A stretch of 50,748 bases of DNA from Octopus sinensis. Taxonomy: Eukaryota. The notes below the pieces were generated by a model. That model did not search any database. It was not told the DNA's origin and was given only the letters and a program-made list of their open reading frames with translations. The translations under genes and the position numbers were made by a program. Positions within the stretch are counted from its first letter, which is position 1, and every line of letters starts with the position of its first letter. The DNA is taken from NCBI RefSeq assembly GCF_006345805.1, contig NW_021834300.1, positions 1-50,748 of the forward strand, written 5' to 3'. Shown piece by piece: positions 1 to 12,345 of the stretch.

Positions 1-80
1 TACCGACTGATCACTGGGATCGATGTAATCGGTTTACCTCGTCACCTGACACTCCTGGCCTTGTGCCCAAATTTGAAACC
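1..80 (+). mobile_element. 3' fragment of SINE family A
   Basis: CACTGGGATCGATGTAATCG matches the CACTGGGGTCGATGTAATCG block of the full copy at 34052; cut by the window edge. Confidence 0.55.
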
Positions 81-284
81 GATATTTTTGTCTGTATTAT
101 ATTCGTTTTTCCATTATCACTCGTTCTAAGTTCAAATCTGGTCGGGGCCTTCTTCACCTCTCCATCCCTCCGGTGTTCATTAAATAAAGTCCAAGTCAAA
201 CACTGGCGTCGACGGAATCAACCAACATCTCTGCTCTTCTACTCAAATCACAGACCTTTAATGCACACATCATCAAAAGTGGTG

Positions 285-460
285 GTTCGGCAGAATCGGC
301 AGAGCGTCGGAGAGAATGCTCTGAAGTATTTGTTCGGACATATGTGTTCTAACCCAGCTGAGTTCAGCTTCAGTTTTCATTTTCTGATTGGTGTTGATAA
401 AACAAAGTAACGAATCACTAAATAAATTCAAGTCTTCGCACAAAGTTGTTGGTCTTGTGT
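285..460 (+). mobile_element. highly degenerate SINE family A copy
   Basis: GGCAGAATCGG...AATGC...TTTTCAT...GATAAAACAAAGTA is colinear with the family A head and body. Confidence 0.4.
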
Positions 461-785
461 CTGAATTAATAAAAACTTATAATTTTCGATTCATCCAAAA
501 AATGGTTGCAGAAACCCGGATTTCTTGTTTACAAGAGTAGAAAGTATTTCGAAAGTTTTAAAGAGTTTCAACAAAATTCGCATAAAATTTCTGATTCTTA
601 ACACGGCAAAAATCTTACGCTGTAATTATTAGGAATACACGCGAAGCTATATCCCATCTTTGTAGTTTAACAGTGCTGTAGACTTCGCTGTTCTTATTAC
701 TGGCGCTGTCGTCGTCGACGCCATCTTTGATATTGTCATCATTCTGGATCGTCTTTATAGTCATCGTTTTCTTGTCGACGCTTTT

Positions 786-970
786 GTTGTTGTTGTTGGT
801 TGTGGTGGCGGCGGCGACGGCCCAGGCTATGGTGGTGCTGGTGCTGGTGGTGGTGGTGGTGGTAGTGGTGCTGGTGCTGGTGCTGGTGGTGGTGGTAGTG
901 GTGGTGGTGCTGGTGGTGGTGTGGTGGTGGTGGTAGTGGTGTTGGTGGTGGTGCTGGTGGTGGTGGTGGC
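786..970. repeat. (GGT/GCT/GTT)n trinucleotide tract
   Basis: direct reading; source of the poly-Val/Pro/His/Thr ORFs. Confidence 0.9.
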
Positions 971-1361
971 CAGTAAGTTATGATCAAACCTTATTTCGTC
1001 ACTGACCATCTCTGTTTCCCATTGTTATGAACAGCCTCATTATCCAACGGGTTCTTTTCCTAATTGAACACTTTAGACTGTGATTTTAGAGAGATTTAGC
1101 TAATATATTTAGAAGATCAAGAAGAAAGGTCGAATGGACGTCCTCATCAAATTTTCACGTTTTGTGTCCAAATCAACTGAGCTACATAGTTCTATGGAAA
1201 AGACACATGGAGTGAAAATTTAATGAGGTAAGTACTACTGATGCTTCTGCCAAAAGCTTCGCCAAAACGAATCGGAAAATCTAATTTGTTGGACGTTATT
1301 GTAAATAAGACCATTAACATTAGATTTCACTTCATCTATGTCCACGATACGAAGACGAACA

Positions 1362-1388
1362 TTAGTATTATTATTATTATTATTATTA

Positions 1389-1427
<39 letters not shown>

Positions 1428-1448
1428 CATTATTGTTGTTGTTATTAT
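1362..1448. repeat. (ATT)n microsatellite
   Basis: direct reading. Confidence 0.95.
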
Positions 1449-1674
1449 GAATTTGTGTTGCTTCATGTTTAACAATGAAATATGTCTTAGATAAGAAGCC
1501 ATCTTGCTACGCTTAAATAAGATCTTAAGTTACAAAGATTTACACGTTTCCATTTCTAATGCAACCAATTGTACAGAATTTGCTAGCAGACAGGGTTTTG
1601 CAGTTAAGCAAGTTTCTTCGCAACCGCATGGTTCCGCATTCAGTATCATCACTAGCGACCGATCGATCGATCGA

Positions 1675-1803
1675 TAGATAGGTACATAGATAGATAGACA
1701 GATAAATATATATATATATTATATATATATATATATATAATATATATATATTATATATGATAGATAGATAGATAGGTAGATAGATTGATAGGTAGATAGA
1801 TAA

Positions 1804-1890
<87 letters not shown>
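1675..1890. repeat. compound (TA)n/(GATA)n microsatellite
   Basis: direct reading. Confidence 0.95.
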
Positions 1891-1893
<3 letters not shown>

Positions 1894-2552
1894 TCAGTGA
1901 GAGATATAATATATATTTATATATACATATGTATGTACATAGGTATGTACGTATGTATGCGGGTATGTATGCAGGTATACACAGACAGACAGACAAACGG
2001 ACGGAGAGACAAACAGTCAGACAGACGACAGACAAATAGACAGACAGACAGATAGATAGGTATAGAGAGAGAAGCATAGTATTTCGTTTTACAGGATTTT
2101 TTAGAACAACATACAACGCCCCAAGTAATTTCACTTATAAAATGATTATTAGTTAAATATTAACTGCATCCTTGCCTCTGGCTGCAACCAAGTCAGTCGT
2201 AATACACAGGTAAGTATTCACCTTCTTTCCATCCAAATTGTTTTAGTCATAAGTATTAATCGGTTATTACGTCGAATGTATTCGCAATGGAGATTGATTC
2301 TTCACAGAAGATATATTTGCACACACCTCGATGTTTCTCTTGTTACCTTCTAAATTACTATAATTCCAATTTCTCTCACTGCCTGCTTCCTCGTTGCTTT
2401 GAGTATTTTGAATCAAGATTTACACACTTAACAATATGGATCCAAAATTGGTTCTACGGATGCACGATTTCTTTGGATAGTTTCACAAACGCCAAATGTT
2501 CTTGGATTGTTAATTAGTACATCGTAGCTCACGTCTTTCACGATTTTCCCTC

Positions 2553-2640
<88 letters not shown>

Positions 2641-2661
2641 ATAGATAGACAGATAGCTAGC

Positions 2662-2748
<87 letters not shown>

Positions 2749-3405
2749 AGATTCAGTGAGAGATATAATATATATTTATATATACATAGGTATGTACGTA
2801 TGTATGCGGGTATGTATGCAGGTATACACAGACAGACAGACAAACGGACGGAGAGACAAACAGTCAGACAGACGACAGACAAATAGACAGACAGACAGAT
2901 AGATAGGTATAGAGAGAGAAGCATAGTATTTCGTTTTACAGGATTTTTTTAGAACAACATACAACGCCTCCAAGTAATTTCACTTATAAAATGATTATTT
3001 AGTTAAATATTAACTGCATCCTTGCCTCTGGCTGCAACCAAGTCAGTCGTAATACACAGGTAAGTATTCACCTTCTTTCCATCCAAATTGTTTTAGTCAT
3101 AAGTATTAATCGGTTATTACGTCGAATGTATTCGCAATGGAGATTGATTCTTCACAGAAGATATATTTGCACACACCTCGATGTTTCTCTTGTTACCTTC
3201 TAAATTACTATAATTCCAATTTCTCTCACCGCCTGCTTCCTCGTTGCTTTGAGTATTTTGAATCAAGATTTACACACTTAACAATATGGATCCAAAATTG
3301 GTTCTACGGATGCACGATTTCTTTGGATAGTTTCACAAACGCCAAAGGTTCTTGGATTGTTAATTAGTACATCGTAGCTCACGTCTTTCACGATTTTCCC
3401 TCAAA
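1891..3405 (+). repeat. tandem duplication: 1891-2555 and 2750-3405, separated by (GATA)n
   Basis: both copies run GATTCAGTGAGAG...TTTTCCCTCAAA with only a few substitutions and small indels. Confidence 0.95.
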
Positions 3406-3513
3406 CTAACTAGGGTTCATATGCATATGTTCTTCCATAGCAGCCAAATGTCACATCAAACAAAACATCATTGTTTAAATGAAAAAAAATAATAAAATAG
3501 TCGTAGAAATTAT

Positions 3514-3705
3514 GGCAAGCTGGCAGAATCGTTAGCACGTCGTACAAAATGCATAGCGGCATTTCTGCCAGCACTATATGTTCTTGAGTTCAAATACCAC
3601 CGATGTCGTCTTTACTTTTCATCCTTTCGGGTTCGATGAAATAAAGTACTGAGTTCGACGAATTCGACTTGTCCCTTCCCCGCAAATTTTGCCAGCCTTG
3701 AACCC
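3514..3705 (+). mobile_element. degenerate tRNA-derived SINE family A
   Basis: GGCAAGCTGGCAGAATCGTTAGCACG head, GAGTTCAAAT B-box-like motif, TTTCATCCTTTCGGGTTCGAT body. Confidence 0.8.
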
Positions 3706-3910
3706 TGCAACGGAAGTGTTTAAATTCTGTGTTGTCGGATATTTATGTTGCGATAGAAACCAGATAGTCAACGAGATGTGTTCTAGGGTTTAAGAAGTTT
3801 TTTTTTTAAAATTGAATCACTCCGAATATGTTTGGTTCTTATTGGATCTGTACAAAGGCCTTCTTCACTTTCCGGGGAAGTTGTTTCGCTTTAAGGAAAC
3901 ACGTTTTTAT

Positions 3911-4274
3911 CTTTTACTTGTTTCCGTCAATAAATTGCGGTCATGCTGGGACACCGCCTTATAAAATTAACCGAATGACCGACCCTTGTACTTATCATCT
4001 CTTTTTAAGCCAGGCACTTATTCTAACGCTTGCGTCTGCCAAACTGCTAAAGTACGGGGAAGTAAACACGCCAACACCGCTTGCTAAGTGGTAGGTGGGA
4101 GAGACACAGACGCAAAGACACTGAGATAGACATATATATCTTTATTTACGACAGGCCTCTTTCAGTCTCCTTCTATCAAATCCACTCACAAGGCTTAACC
4201 AAGATGCCACGCAGTAGGACTGAACCCGGAAACATATGGTTGGGAAGCAAACTTCTTACCACACAACCACGCCT
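3911..4274 (-). mobile_element. degenerate tRNA-derived SINE family B
   Basis: colinear with the copy at 27488-27896 (CTGAACCCGGAA, CTTACCACACA, AAATCCACTCACAAGGC), with an internal deletion. Confidence 0.8.
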
Positions 4275-5551
4275 TTTGAAGAGTACCAACAGTCATTTCA
4301 AGGCGTTCTCTAGCGGAATCGTTGAATGCATTTCTAAATATGAAAACAAAGATGGGATACTAACGAAAAGCAATGAATTGGAGTATGTGTCGCATCACTC
4401 AATAAAAGAAAGGGACGAATTTTTTTGACACTAGCAGACGACATCAAACTATTATTCAATTCTATTTTTTTTTTAATCATTAAATATTAACATCGAACTT
4501 TAAAAATGGATGGAATATAAAAACTAAAATCTAAAAATTAATGTAAGACTAATGGTTTCAACAAACAACATATTCTAACATAAACACTCAGAGATAACAA
4601 AAAAAAAAAAAAATTCTTGAAAGAAAATTTTGCAAGATATATTTTAAGAGGCAAAAGAAAAAAAGTTCACAGAAGAGTTTTAATAATTGGTTTTATCACC
4701 AGACGTTAATAATAAGATATTTCTTCATCTTCATGTTATTTTGTTTTATTTCATTTGCTATTATTTTATTTTATTTTAACTCTTATTATTTTATTTTATT
4801 TTATTTATTTTATTTTCCATCTTAAAGCAAAACCGAAAACGATTTTTTTTTCCAGACATAAAACATGAAGAAATGGGAGAAAGTAGATGAATGATGATAT
4901 ATATTTTCATAAGAGAAATAAAAGCAGTCGAGAGTGTGTATAATAAGGAATCTGTCTTCAAAGAGAAGAGAAATAATTACAAATGCCGATACTATCGGAA
5001 TGGTAACGAAAAAGAAAAAAAAAAGAAAAGAAAAGAAAAGAAGTCGCTATATTCGGTGAATTTAGTGAATGATTTGATTTATTTATTTTTTCCGCGATGG
5101 CTTGTCGCGTTAAAATTTCAAAAACAGAGATACGATGTAGAGAATAAGTCAAAGAGATACTGCGAACACAAACACACACAGGCACACACACAAACACACA
5201 CACACATACACGCACACACACACACACACCACATATGCACCCACGCATACATACACTGGCGTAATTGTAGGCTTACCTGCGTATGTGCTCTTTTATATAT
5301 AAGGACATTGTGTGGGTGTGTGTGTATATACACACATATATATATATGTGTGTACGTCTGCATGCACAGACACACATTCACACAAGCACACACACACACG
5401 TATGTATATATACATTCACGGACAAACAGAGTGATGAGGAGACTGTGGGTGTGGTTACGAAAGTATTGTGATGCTTATGAATATATCTGCGGCCATCTAT
5501 TCAGCAGAAATAAGCACAAGGGTACACCATGTCCAGAAAAATAAATAATGT

Positions 5552-5552
<1 letters not shown>

Positions 5553-5637
<85 letters not shown>
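5553..5637. repeat. (GATA)n microsatellite
   Basis: direct reading. Confidence 0.95.
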
Positions 5638-6523
5638 GTAAAGCATGCATAGTAATAAGCAAACGGACCGAAACATATGTATTAAATGCACTGAATGTAC
5701 AGACGACCGAATAACAAACACAGAAGGTTACCAACTGCTCATCGGCTATACACAAATGTGTCGAGGGAGTACAACTTGGAAGCCGCAACTTCCAAGTTGC
5801 ATTCCCTCGCAGTTTTCACTTTAAGAGTCCCTCATACGATGAGACATTTTCCTACAGTGATGTCCATAATATAATAAATATATTTAAAGGGAATAATTAT
5901 AAATTTTTCCTTCATATGGTTTTTGCACTGACTACTTGATAAATTCTTATATAGATTTCATCCTATATTTAATTTTATATATGTATATATAAGTATAATA
6001 TGTATTTATGTGTAATATATGAGTTCATGTTCGTTCGTATGCGTTTGGACACCTGTGAGAAAGATGCAGTGTAAACACTTGTGTTGAAGGCATTTTCTAC
6101 AAAAAGACACAACTTTTATACACGCACGACCTAATGAAGCTCTTCCCATTATCTCCTTCCTTAACAGCATATTTTCTGTTTTTCTTTCTCATACACACAT
6201 CTCTGTAAGTGTTTGTACATATGCATACACGTATACATATATATATATAGATATATACGTATATATGTATTCATAAATCTGTATACTTATACATACATAT
6301 ATGTGTGTGTGTGTGTCTGTGTCCGTGTATGTATGCATGTACATATATGTACATGCATGTATACATACGTCAGACTTTACATTTAAAGCTCAGTTTATAT
6401 ATTTAAAAGATAAGTGAATATGAATATATTTAATTAAACTCCCCAGATATTAATTATCTTATGTTGTTTACTATAATATGTAATAAAATAATCACTGAAA
6501 ACTCTACCTCCATATATACACAC

Positions 6524-6524
<1 letters not shown>

Positions 6525-6562
<38 letters not shown>

Positions 6563-6590
6563 TATATATAAACACATACATGCACACATA

Positions 6591-6653
<63 letters not shown>

Positions 6654-6688
6654 ATATATGTATATATATATATATAATATATATATAT

Positions 6689-6741
<53 letters not shown>

Positions 6742-6744
6742 ATA
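6525..6744. repeat. (TA)n tract
   Basis: direct reading. Confidence 0.95.
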
Positions 6745-8276
6745 CGGGGTTCACCAGCAAAACACGCTCACAAATTCTTAAAACTTCTTAAAACCAATAA
6801 ACTAATTGATTTGCAATTTCCCATGTTTTCCAGATAAGAGGTCCGGCCATAGTTAAACCAGTTTTTGTCAGAATCAGTAAATTACTCATTGAGATATTTA
6901 ATTAGAGAGAGAAGCTGAAATCGTTTTGTGCCAGCCTCATCAGGTCTTCCTAACTAAGCAATGTTGAAGGGGCTAATATCATCGAGACCACGTTCAATCT
7001 CTGTCTTTCATCTTCAAAGTCAAGTGAAGAATCACCAAGAGAACCGTGAATAAGTAGAACAAATTTGAGAAAGAGGAAATAGAGGAGAGGAAAACTGGAT
7101 CAGGAGCTCATAACCACCAAGGGGATCGTGATTTAAATCTGGAGCTGATGAGATCAATCAGAAGAGAACCAACTGAATCCATAAGACGCTTGGCACGTGA
7201 GAGAGGCGTTTCGGCTGTGATAGTTCAAAGAGCGGCGGCAGAAGACTTGAAAATGAAATTGTACGCGAGACCCGCGAGGAACCTTGTTACTCCAGGGCAA
7301 AATGTGAGAAGGTTGATGGACTAAGATCATCTTGAACAAAATGAAACATAATCCTAGACTGATCTTTTACACAGATAAGAATTTCACCCAAGATACGTAC
7401 ACAAACAGATAAAAATGCATCATTCTGGCTTCAGATCCGCACGAGAGTTAGGAATGTCATTTTCAGGTGCAAAACTCCTGGCAAAATGATGGCAAGAAGA
7501 TGCCATTGATCATGTTTGAGGAAGCTGAGAAAGTGATAGGAGCTTGCTATGTTCAGGTTGTGTTAGATACAAAGATTTAGATTCTTTCCGAATATTCTGT
7601 GGCAAGAAACAAGGGCGAACGCAACAAGATGTCTAAGGACTTCCAGTTTAAATTCTAGCAAATTGTAACCCATTGTCACATAAGCGCAGCTGTTCAAAAT
7701 TTATCGTGGATGAGTTTCGGAACAGGTATGGGGATAAGGACACTTGACCCCTTCATTACCTGATTTAAAGCCTTTAGACTTCAGCATGTGCTGAGAAAAG
7801 CTTTTGAGAATCCCCACAGCGACTTACGAGTCTACAGAAACTCTATCGGTAGGACGTGGGCGGTGAACGTTGATGAGGAATACATTGAGAAAACTTGTTA
7901 TGCACGCAGGAAGAGGAAGTCATTGCTAAAAGAGTAACAACTCTTGATGCCAAACTTGTCCGATTCCATCAGTATTGCGTCTGACACTTTGCACCAAAAC
8001 TTTATGCTTCCATTCGAACTTTATTCCAATCATGTATGAATGACCAATACTGAGCTATGCTTAATTATTAATAACATGTCATTTTCGTCTATGATGAAAT
8101 TCATCATGATTCTTCTGGTGAGATTGGAAAGTAATCAACATGTTTCTTGCTCATTGCAGAGTTCAGAAGTGTTAGAAAATCCTCTGGTAATTCTATTCAG
8201 TTATCATTAACCATTACTAACGCACAAAGTTTCGAAGCTAAATCTAAAATTTTGACACTTTTGCTGGTACAGCCAG
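6745..8276 (+). mobile_element. decayed Tc1/mariner-superfamily DNA transposon (~1.5 kb, both ends present; resembles the DD37D/maT group)
   Basis: TA on both sides (6743-6744, 8277-8278); imperfect TIRs CGGGGTTCACCAGCAAAA versus revcomp CTGGCTGTACCAGCAAAA; transposase relics inside. Confidence 0.8.
7060..7940 (+). pseudogene. frameshifted DDD/E transposase relic
   Basis: 7157-7270 reads IRREPTESIRRLARERGVSAVIVQRAAAEDLKMKLYAR (HTH region); FTDKNFT-like relic near 7365; PSLPDLKPLDFSM at 7750 resembles the WPPxSPDLNPLDF motif; stops and frameshifts throughout; boundaries approximate. Confidence 0.8.
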
Positions 8277-8334
8277 TATGCATGTAAGTATGTATGTAAA
8301 CCAGACTATGTACATATGTATGTATATACATATA

Positions 8335-8345
8335 GATATATATTC

Positions 8346-8436
<91 letters not shown>

Positions 8437-8492
8437 ACATATATATATATATATCTATATATATTCATATATATATATATATATATATTATA
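8335..8492. repeat. (TA)n tract
   Basis: direct reading. Confidence 0.95.
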
Positions 8493-8640
8493 CGTGTTTG
8501 TGCGTGTGTATTTGTGTATATATATATTTGTGTATATGTGTTTGTGTGTGATTTTGTGTGTGAAAAAAAAATTTATTTATTTATTTATTTATAGGCAATA
8601 ATCTAGTAGCTCTGCAACGGCAAGACTTGAAAAATATATA

Positions 8641-8888
8641 GAAAAGAGTGAAGCATGCGCAGTGAACTTGCCGTGAGGAGTGGAGTATCGAACGTTTCGG
8701 ATTCAGTCCTTCATCGGGGGGACAGAGAAAAAGAGAAGAACAGAGAAGAATGTCAGAGATTTTCAACCTGAGAGGATGTAAACTCCGAATTTCCTCTCTT
8801 TTTCTTTACCCCCGTGACGACGGATTGACTCCGAAACGTTGCATATTCCACTCCTCACAGCAAGTTCACTGTAACCCTTTCACTTTTG

Positions 8889-8889
<1 letters not shown>
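8641..8889. mobile_element. inverted pair of Penelope-like terminal fragments, each with a hammerhead-like motif
   Basis: arms 8641-8740 and 8790-8889 are diverged reverse complements; minus strand CCGATGA-A-GGA-CTGAA-TCC-GAAACGTT (8691-8717) and plus strand GTGACGA-C-GGA-TTGAC-TCC-GAAACGTT (8814-8840); abuts (TA)n at 8891. Confidence 0.6.
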
Positions 8890-8934
<45 letters not shown>

Positions 8935-9039
8935 ATACACATACCTCGCCATGAATAAGTGTGCGATTTGGGGAACGAGGGGACGTTTTTCCCAAAACTC
9001 CCCGATGCATGTGCCACCACTTGAAAGCTCCGAGTGTGT

Positions 9040-9571
9040 CTTTAATCAGCTGAAAGCAGTTTTGGCACAAACTTTGCAGACACGCGTCTCATATCCAAAT
9101 CTTCAGTGATAATGGACTGAACTGAACCGTCATTAATCTGTACATCCTCTAATAACTCACGGATAGTGATTCGATGATTTCCTCTCATAGCTGCACGCAC
9201 ATCTGCCCTGTTTTACTCAATTCTGTTGGTTGCCAACCTCCCAGAATGTTCGTCAATATTGACATTTTTCCGGCCATCTTGGAAACGTCTGAACCACTCG
9301 TAAACTCCTGTGCCTCTCACACGCGCCTCTCTATACACTTTCTGCAACTTGGCGTAGAACTCTGAGCAGATATCGCCATGACAACTTTCTCTGTCATGGT
9401 CAGAGCGACGATCTCAACTTCCTCACTAAACATCGGAAGTGAGCTAGAACGTTAAAACTTAAAGCGCATGCACAGCAGAGTTGAAGGCCAATCTATGCCA
9501 AGCGACTTTACTCTGCATCTTTTAGCTTCGTTACTATAGCAACCGTCCTGATACTTATTGATCAGACCTCG
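9040..9571 (-). mobile_element. 5' part of a mariner transposon with N-terminal transposase relic
   Basis: minus-strand start TA|CGAGGTCTGATCAATAAGTATC is TIR-like; translation VYEWFRRFQDGRKNVNIDEHSGR...HRITIRELLEDVQINDGSVQSIITEDLDMRRVSAKFVPKLL includes the WVPxxL-type linker; in-frame stops; left boundary uncertain. Confidence 0.85.
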
Positions 9572-9666
9572 TATACACTCAGATATTGTTACAACGATTA
9601 CAACAGTAAAAACCCGTAATAAACTTCAGAAAACCAAATCGTCCCGAATATACGCTTCCTTTTCAA

Positions 9667-9806
9667 GCAACATATTCGCACACTCAATAAAAACGGTTTT
9701 CTACAAAGCTTTCCACCCGTATTTGGTCTCCAAAAACCAGAAATAATGGGCCCGGGTTCACTCCCACTGCGTGGCACCTTGGGCAAGTGTCTTCTACTAT
9801 AGCCTC
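9667..9806 (+). repeat. inverted duplicate of 10935-11118 (SINE B segment plus unique flank) with a 44 bp internal deletion
   Basis: 9667-9748 is the revcomp of 11037-11118; 9746-9806 is the revcomp of 10935-10995. Confidence 0.92.
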
Positions 9807-10361
9807 CGCAGACATACCTAAAACACTCATTTGTTTTGTCCTTATTACTAGACACCCACACACATAAGTATATATATATATATGTGTGTGTGTATATATG
9901 TGTATATATATGTGTGTGTGCACGTGTGTATATGTGTGTATGTATTTGTATATTTATATTTAGATTGCTTTCACGTCTATGTGTATGTGTATTTACACCT
10001 ATACGTATACGTTGACAGTAATAGCTGTGTGTAAAATGTATCAGTGCAAGGAAAGCGAATCCAGGAGTCGAATATTTTAACTTCGTTAACATCAGTTGTA
10101 ATAAACGTCATGCTAATTCCATGTTTTATCAGTTTATATTCGCCTGTGTTGAATATAAATTTTGGGCGGAGTTCTGTTTATTTCGAAATATATAAATCTG
10201 AATTGAACGTTATGACGTGTTCCTAAAATGGTCAAGTAATATCTACACACAAGTTCCGTCTTTATTTGTTTAAAACAAAAATATTCCTTCCGCTATCTTA
10301 AGCTTAAATTTTGAAATGGCCAAGTATATATACATGCAGTGAAATGACTATTAAATCTTAC

Positions 10362-10629
10362 TCTCTTTTTACTATTTTACTCTTTTAGTTGTTTCGGTCA
10401 TTTTACTGTGGCCATGCTGAAGCACCGCCTTTAGTCGAGCAAATCGACCCCAGGACTTATACTTTGGAAGCCTAGTACTTATTCTATCGGTATCTTTTGC
10501 CGAACCGCTAGGTTACGGGGCCGTAGACACACCAGCATCGGTTGTCATGCGATGTTGGGGAGACAAACATACACACACAAACACACACATACATACATAC
10601 ATACATACATACATACATACATACATACA

Positions 10630-10689
<60 letters not shown>

Positions 10690-11035
10690 TGTCGTAAGAA
10701 ATTTGAAAAGCTAAACGCGAAACCGGTCTTTCTTCTAAATTATGTCATTGTAAGGGAAAACATTTTTTTTAATATTCTTCAGACATATTGACGCAAATAT
10801 ATATATATTTTTTAACCTTTCAGTCTTCTGTAGTTTTTTCACTTTTTACTATTTTCTATATATATATATATATATACGACGGGCTTCTTTCAGTTTCCAT
10901 TTACCAAATCCACTCACAAGGCTTTGGTCGGCCCGAGGCTATAGTAGAAGACACTTGCCCAAGGTGCCACGCAGTGGGAGTGAACCCGGGCCCATGTGGT
11001 TGGTAAGCAAGCTACTTACCACACAGCCTCTCCTG
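10362..11035 (-). mobile_element. SINE family B copy split by an expanded internal microsatellite and a ~170 bp insert
   Basis: 3' module 10362-10570 and 5' module 10876-11035 both match 27488-27896; (TACA)n/(TA)n and unrelated sequence 10691-10857 lie between them. Confidence 0.85.
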
Positions 11036-11789
11036 TCATTATTTCTGGTTTTTGGAGACCAAATACGGGTGGAAAGCTTTGTAGAAAACCGTTTTTATTG
11101 AGTGTGCGAATATGTTGCCAAACCGAACTTCAAATCATTTCCGGTTAATCCAGCATATTTCTGTGTACACAATTGTTATACGCTTAGAGAAGTGGGTCTG
11201 TATATTAGGGCTTTCGTAATACAGTCAACGTTGAGGAGAGTAAGCTAGGATATGAGTCTATGTCCTTATTATTGGGCAGAGTTTACGAATAAAGGGGTTA
11301 ATAAAGTTACAATATTTCAAAAGTAAAAAATAGCTTCTCTTAATTATATTTTGGCTTCTATAATTCTTTGGAAAATAAGAAAATATTAAATTAAGAAGTC
11401 TCTGGCGTTATTCCAAATGGATAATTCAAGTAACAATATCTTTCGAGTTTGAGCGATATCGCATTTTTTATTTTATTTATTTATTTTTATTTATTTTTTT
11501 TATATCCGACTTAAGGCAGAAGAAATACGTTTAAAAACCGCGCAGTATTGTGTTACAATTTATTGTCAACACTTTCAAACTATTCCACACACACACACAT
11601 GCGCTTACGCACACATACATATATATACACACACGCACACGCGCACGCACACACACACACATGCACTCGCATACACACACACAAACACTTTCACAGACAC
11701 AAGCACACACGCATACACATGTACAAACATACACACACATACACACATTTGTATTAATATATGTTTTTAAGTCAAGTTATCTCTTATCT

Positions 11790-11990
11790 TGGACTCATTT
11801 CAACCATTAGACTGTGGCCATGCTGGTGCTTCACCTTTGGAGAATTTATAGTGGAATGACTCGATCCCACTACATATATTTTAAGCCTGGTACCTATTCT
11901 AACGGCTCTTTTGTCGAACCGTTAAGTTATGCAGACGTAAACACACCATTACCGGTTCTCAAGTGGTAATAGAGAATGAAGACAGGCACA
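11790..11990 (-). mobile_element. SINE family B 3' module
   Basis: GACTGTGGCCATGCTGG...GAACCGTTAAGTTA...GACGTAAACACACCA matches family B. Confidence 0.75.
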
Positions 11991-12014
11991 CAACGCACAA
12001 ACATGCACACATAC

Positions 12015-12046
<32 letters not shown>

Positions 12047-12051
12047 GCACA

Positions 12052-12123
<72 letters not shown>

Positions 12124-12137
12124 TATATATATATATA

Positions 12138-12345
12138 AGGTTAATCCAAACAAGAAAACAGAAAAGACAACAACGCAAAGAGGTGGAACAATTAAAGTAT
12201 TATTATTAGGCGCTCAGGAAAAACGGGAAGAAGGAGGGTATGACGTTTCGAGCGGAGCTCTTCGTCGGAAACATAAGAGAAAGAAAGATCCCGAGGTGGG
12301 AGGACAGAGGGGAAAAAAACGCGAGTAGTCTTCACGGGGTAAACA
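12138..12345 (-). mobile_element. Penelope-like terminal fragment
   Basis: starts directly at a (TA)n tract and carries a minimal hammerhead motif; family assignment inferred from the motif. Confidence 0.55.
12238..12272 (-). ncRNA. minimal type-I hammerhead ribozyme-like motif
   Basis: minus strand GTTT-CCGACGA-A-GAGC-TCC-GCTC-GAA-ACGT-C-ATAC: U4C core variant, 4 bp stem II, loop-less palindromic ACGT stem III, GUC site, stem I with one mismatch. Confidence 0.55.

Noticed and set aside
727-1009. Poly-Val/His/Pro ORFs
   Set aside because: Translations of a (GGT)n tract that is open in several frames; no unique coding flank
2287-3367. Duplicated 76 aa gene pair
   Set aside because: Chance ORF copied by the tandem duplication; no coding features
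4891-5544. Longest ORF (217 aa)
   Set aside because: Built from A-rich and (CA)/(TG) repeat sequence; no recognisable domain
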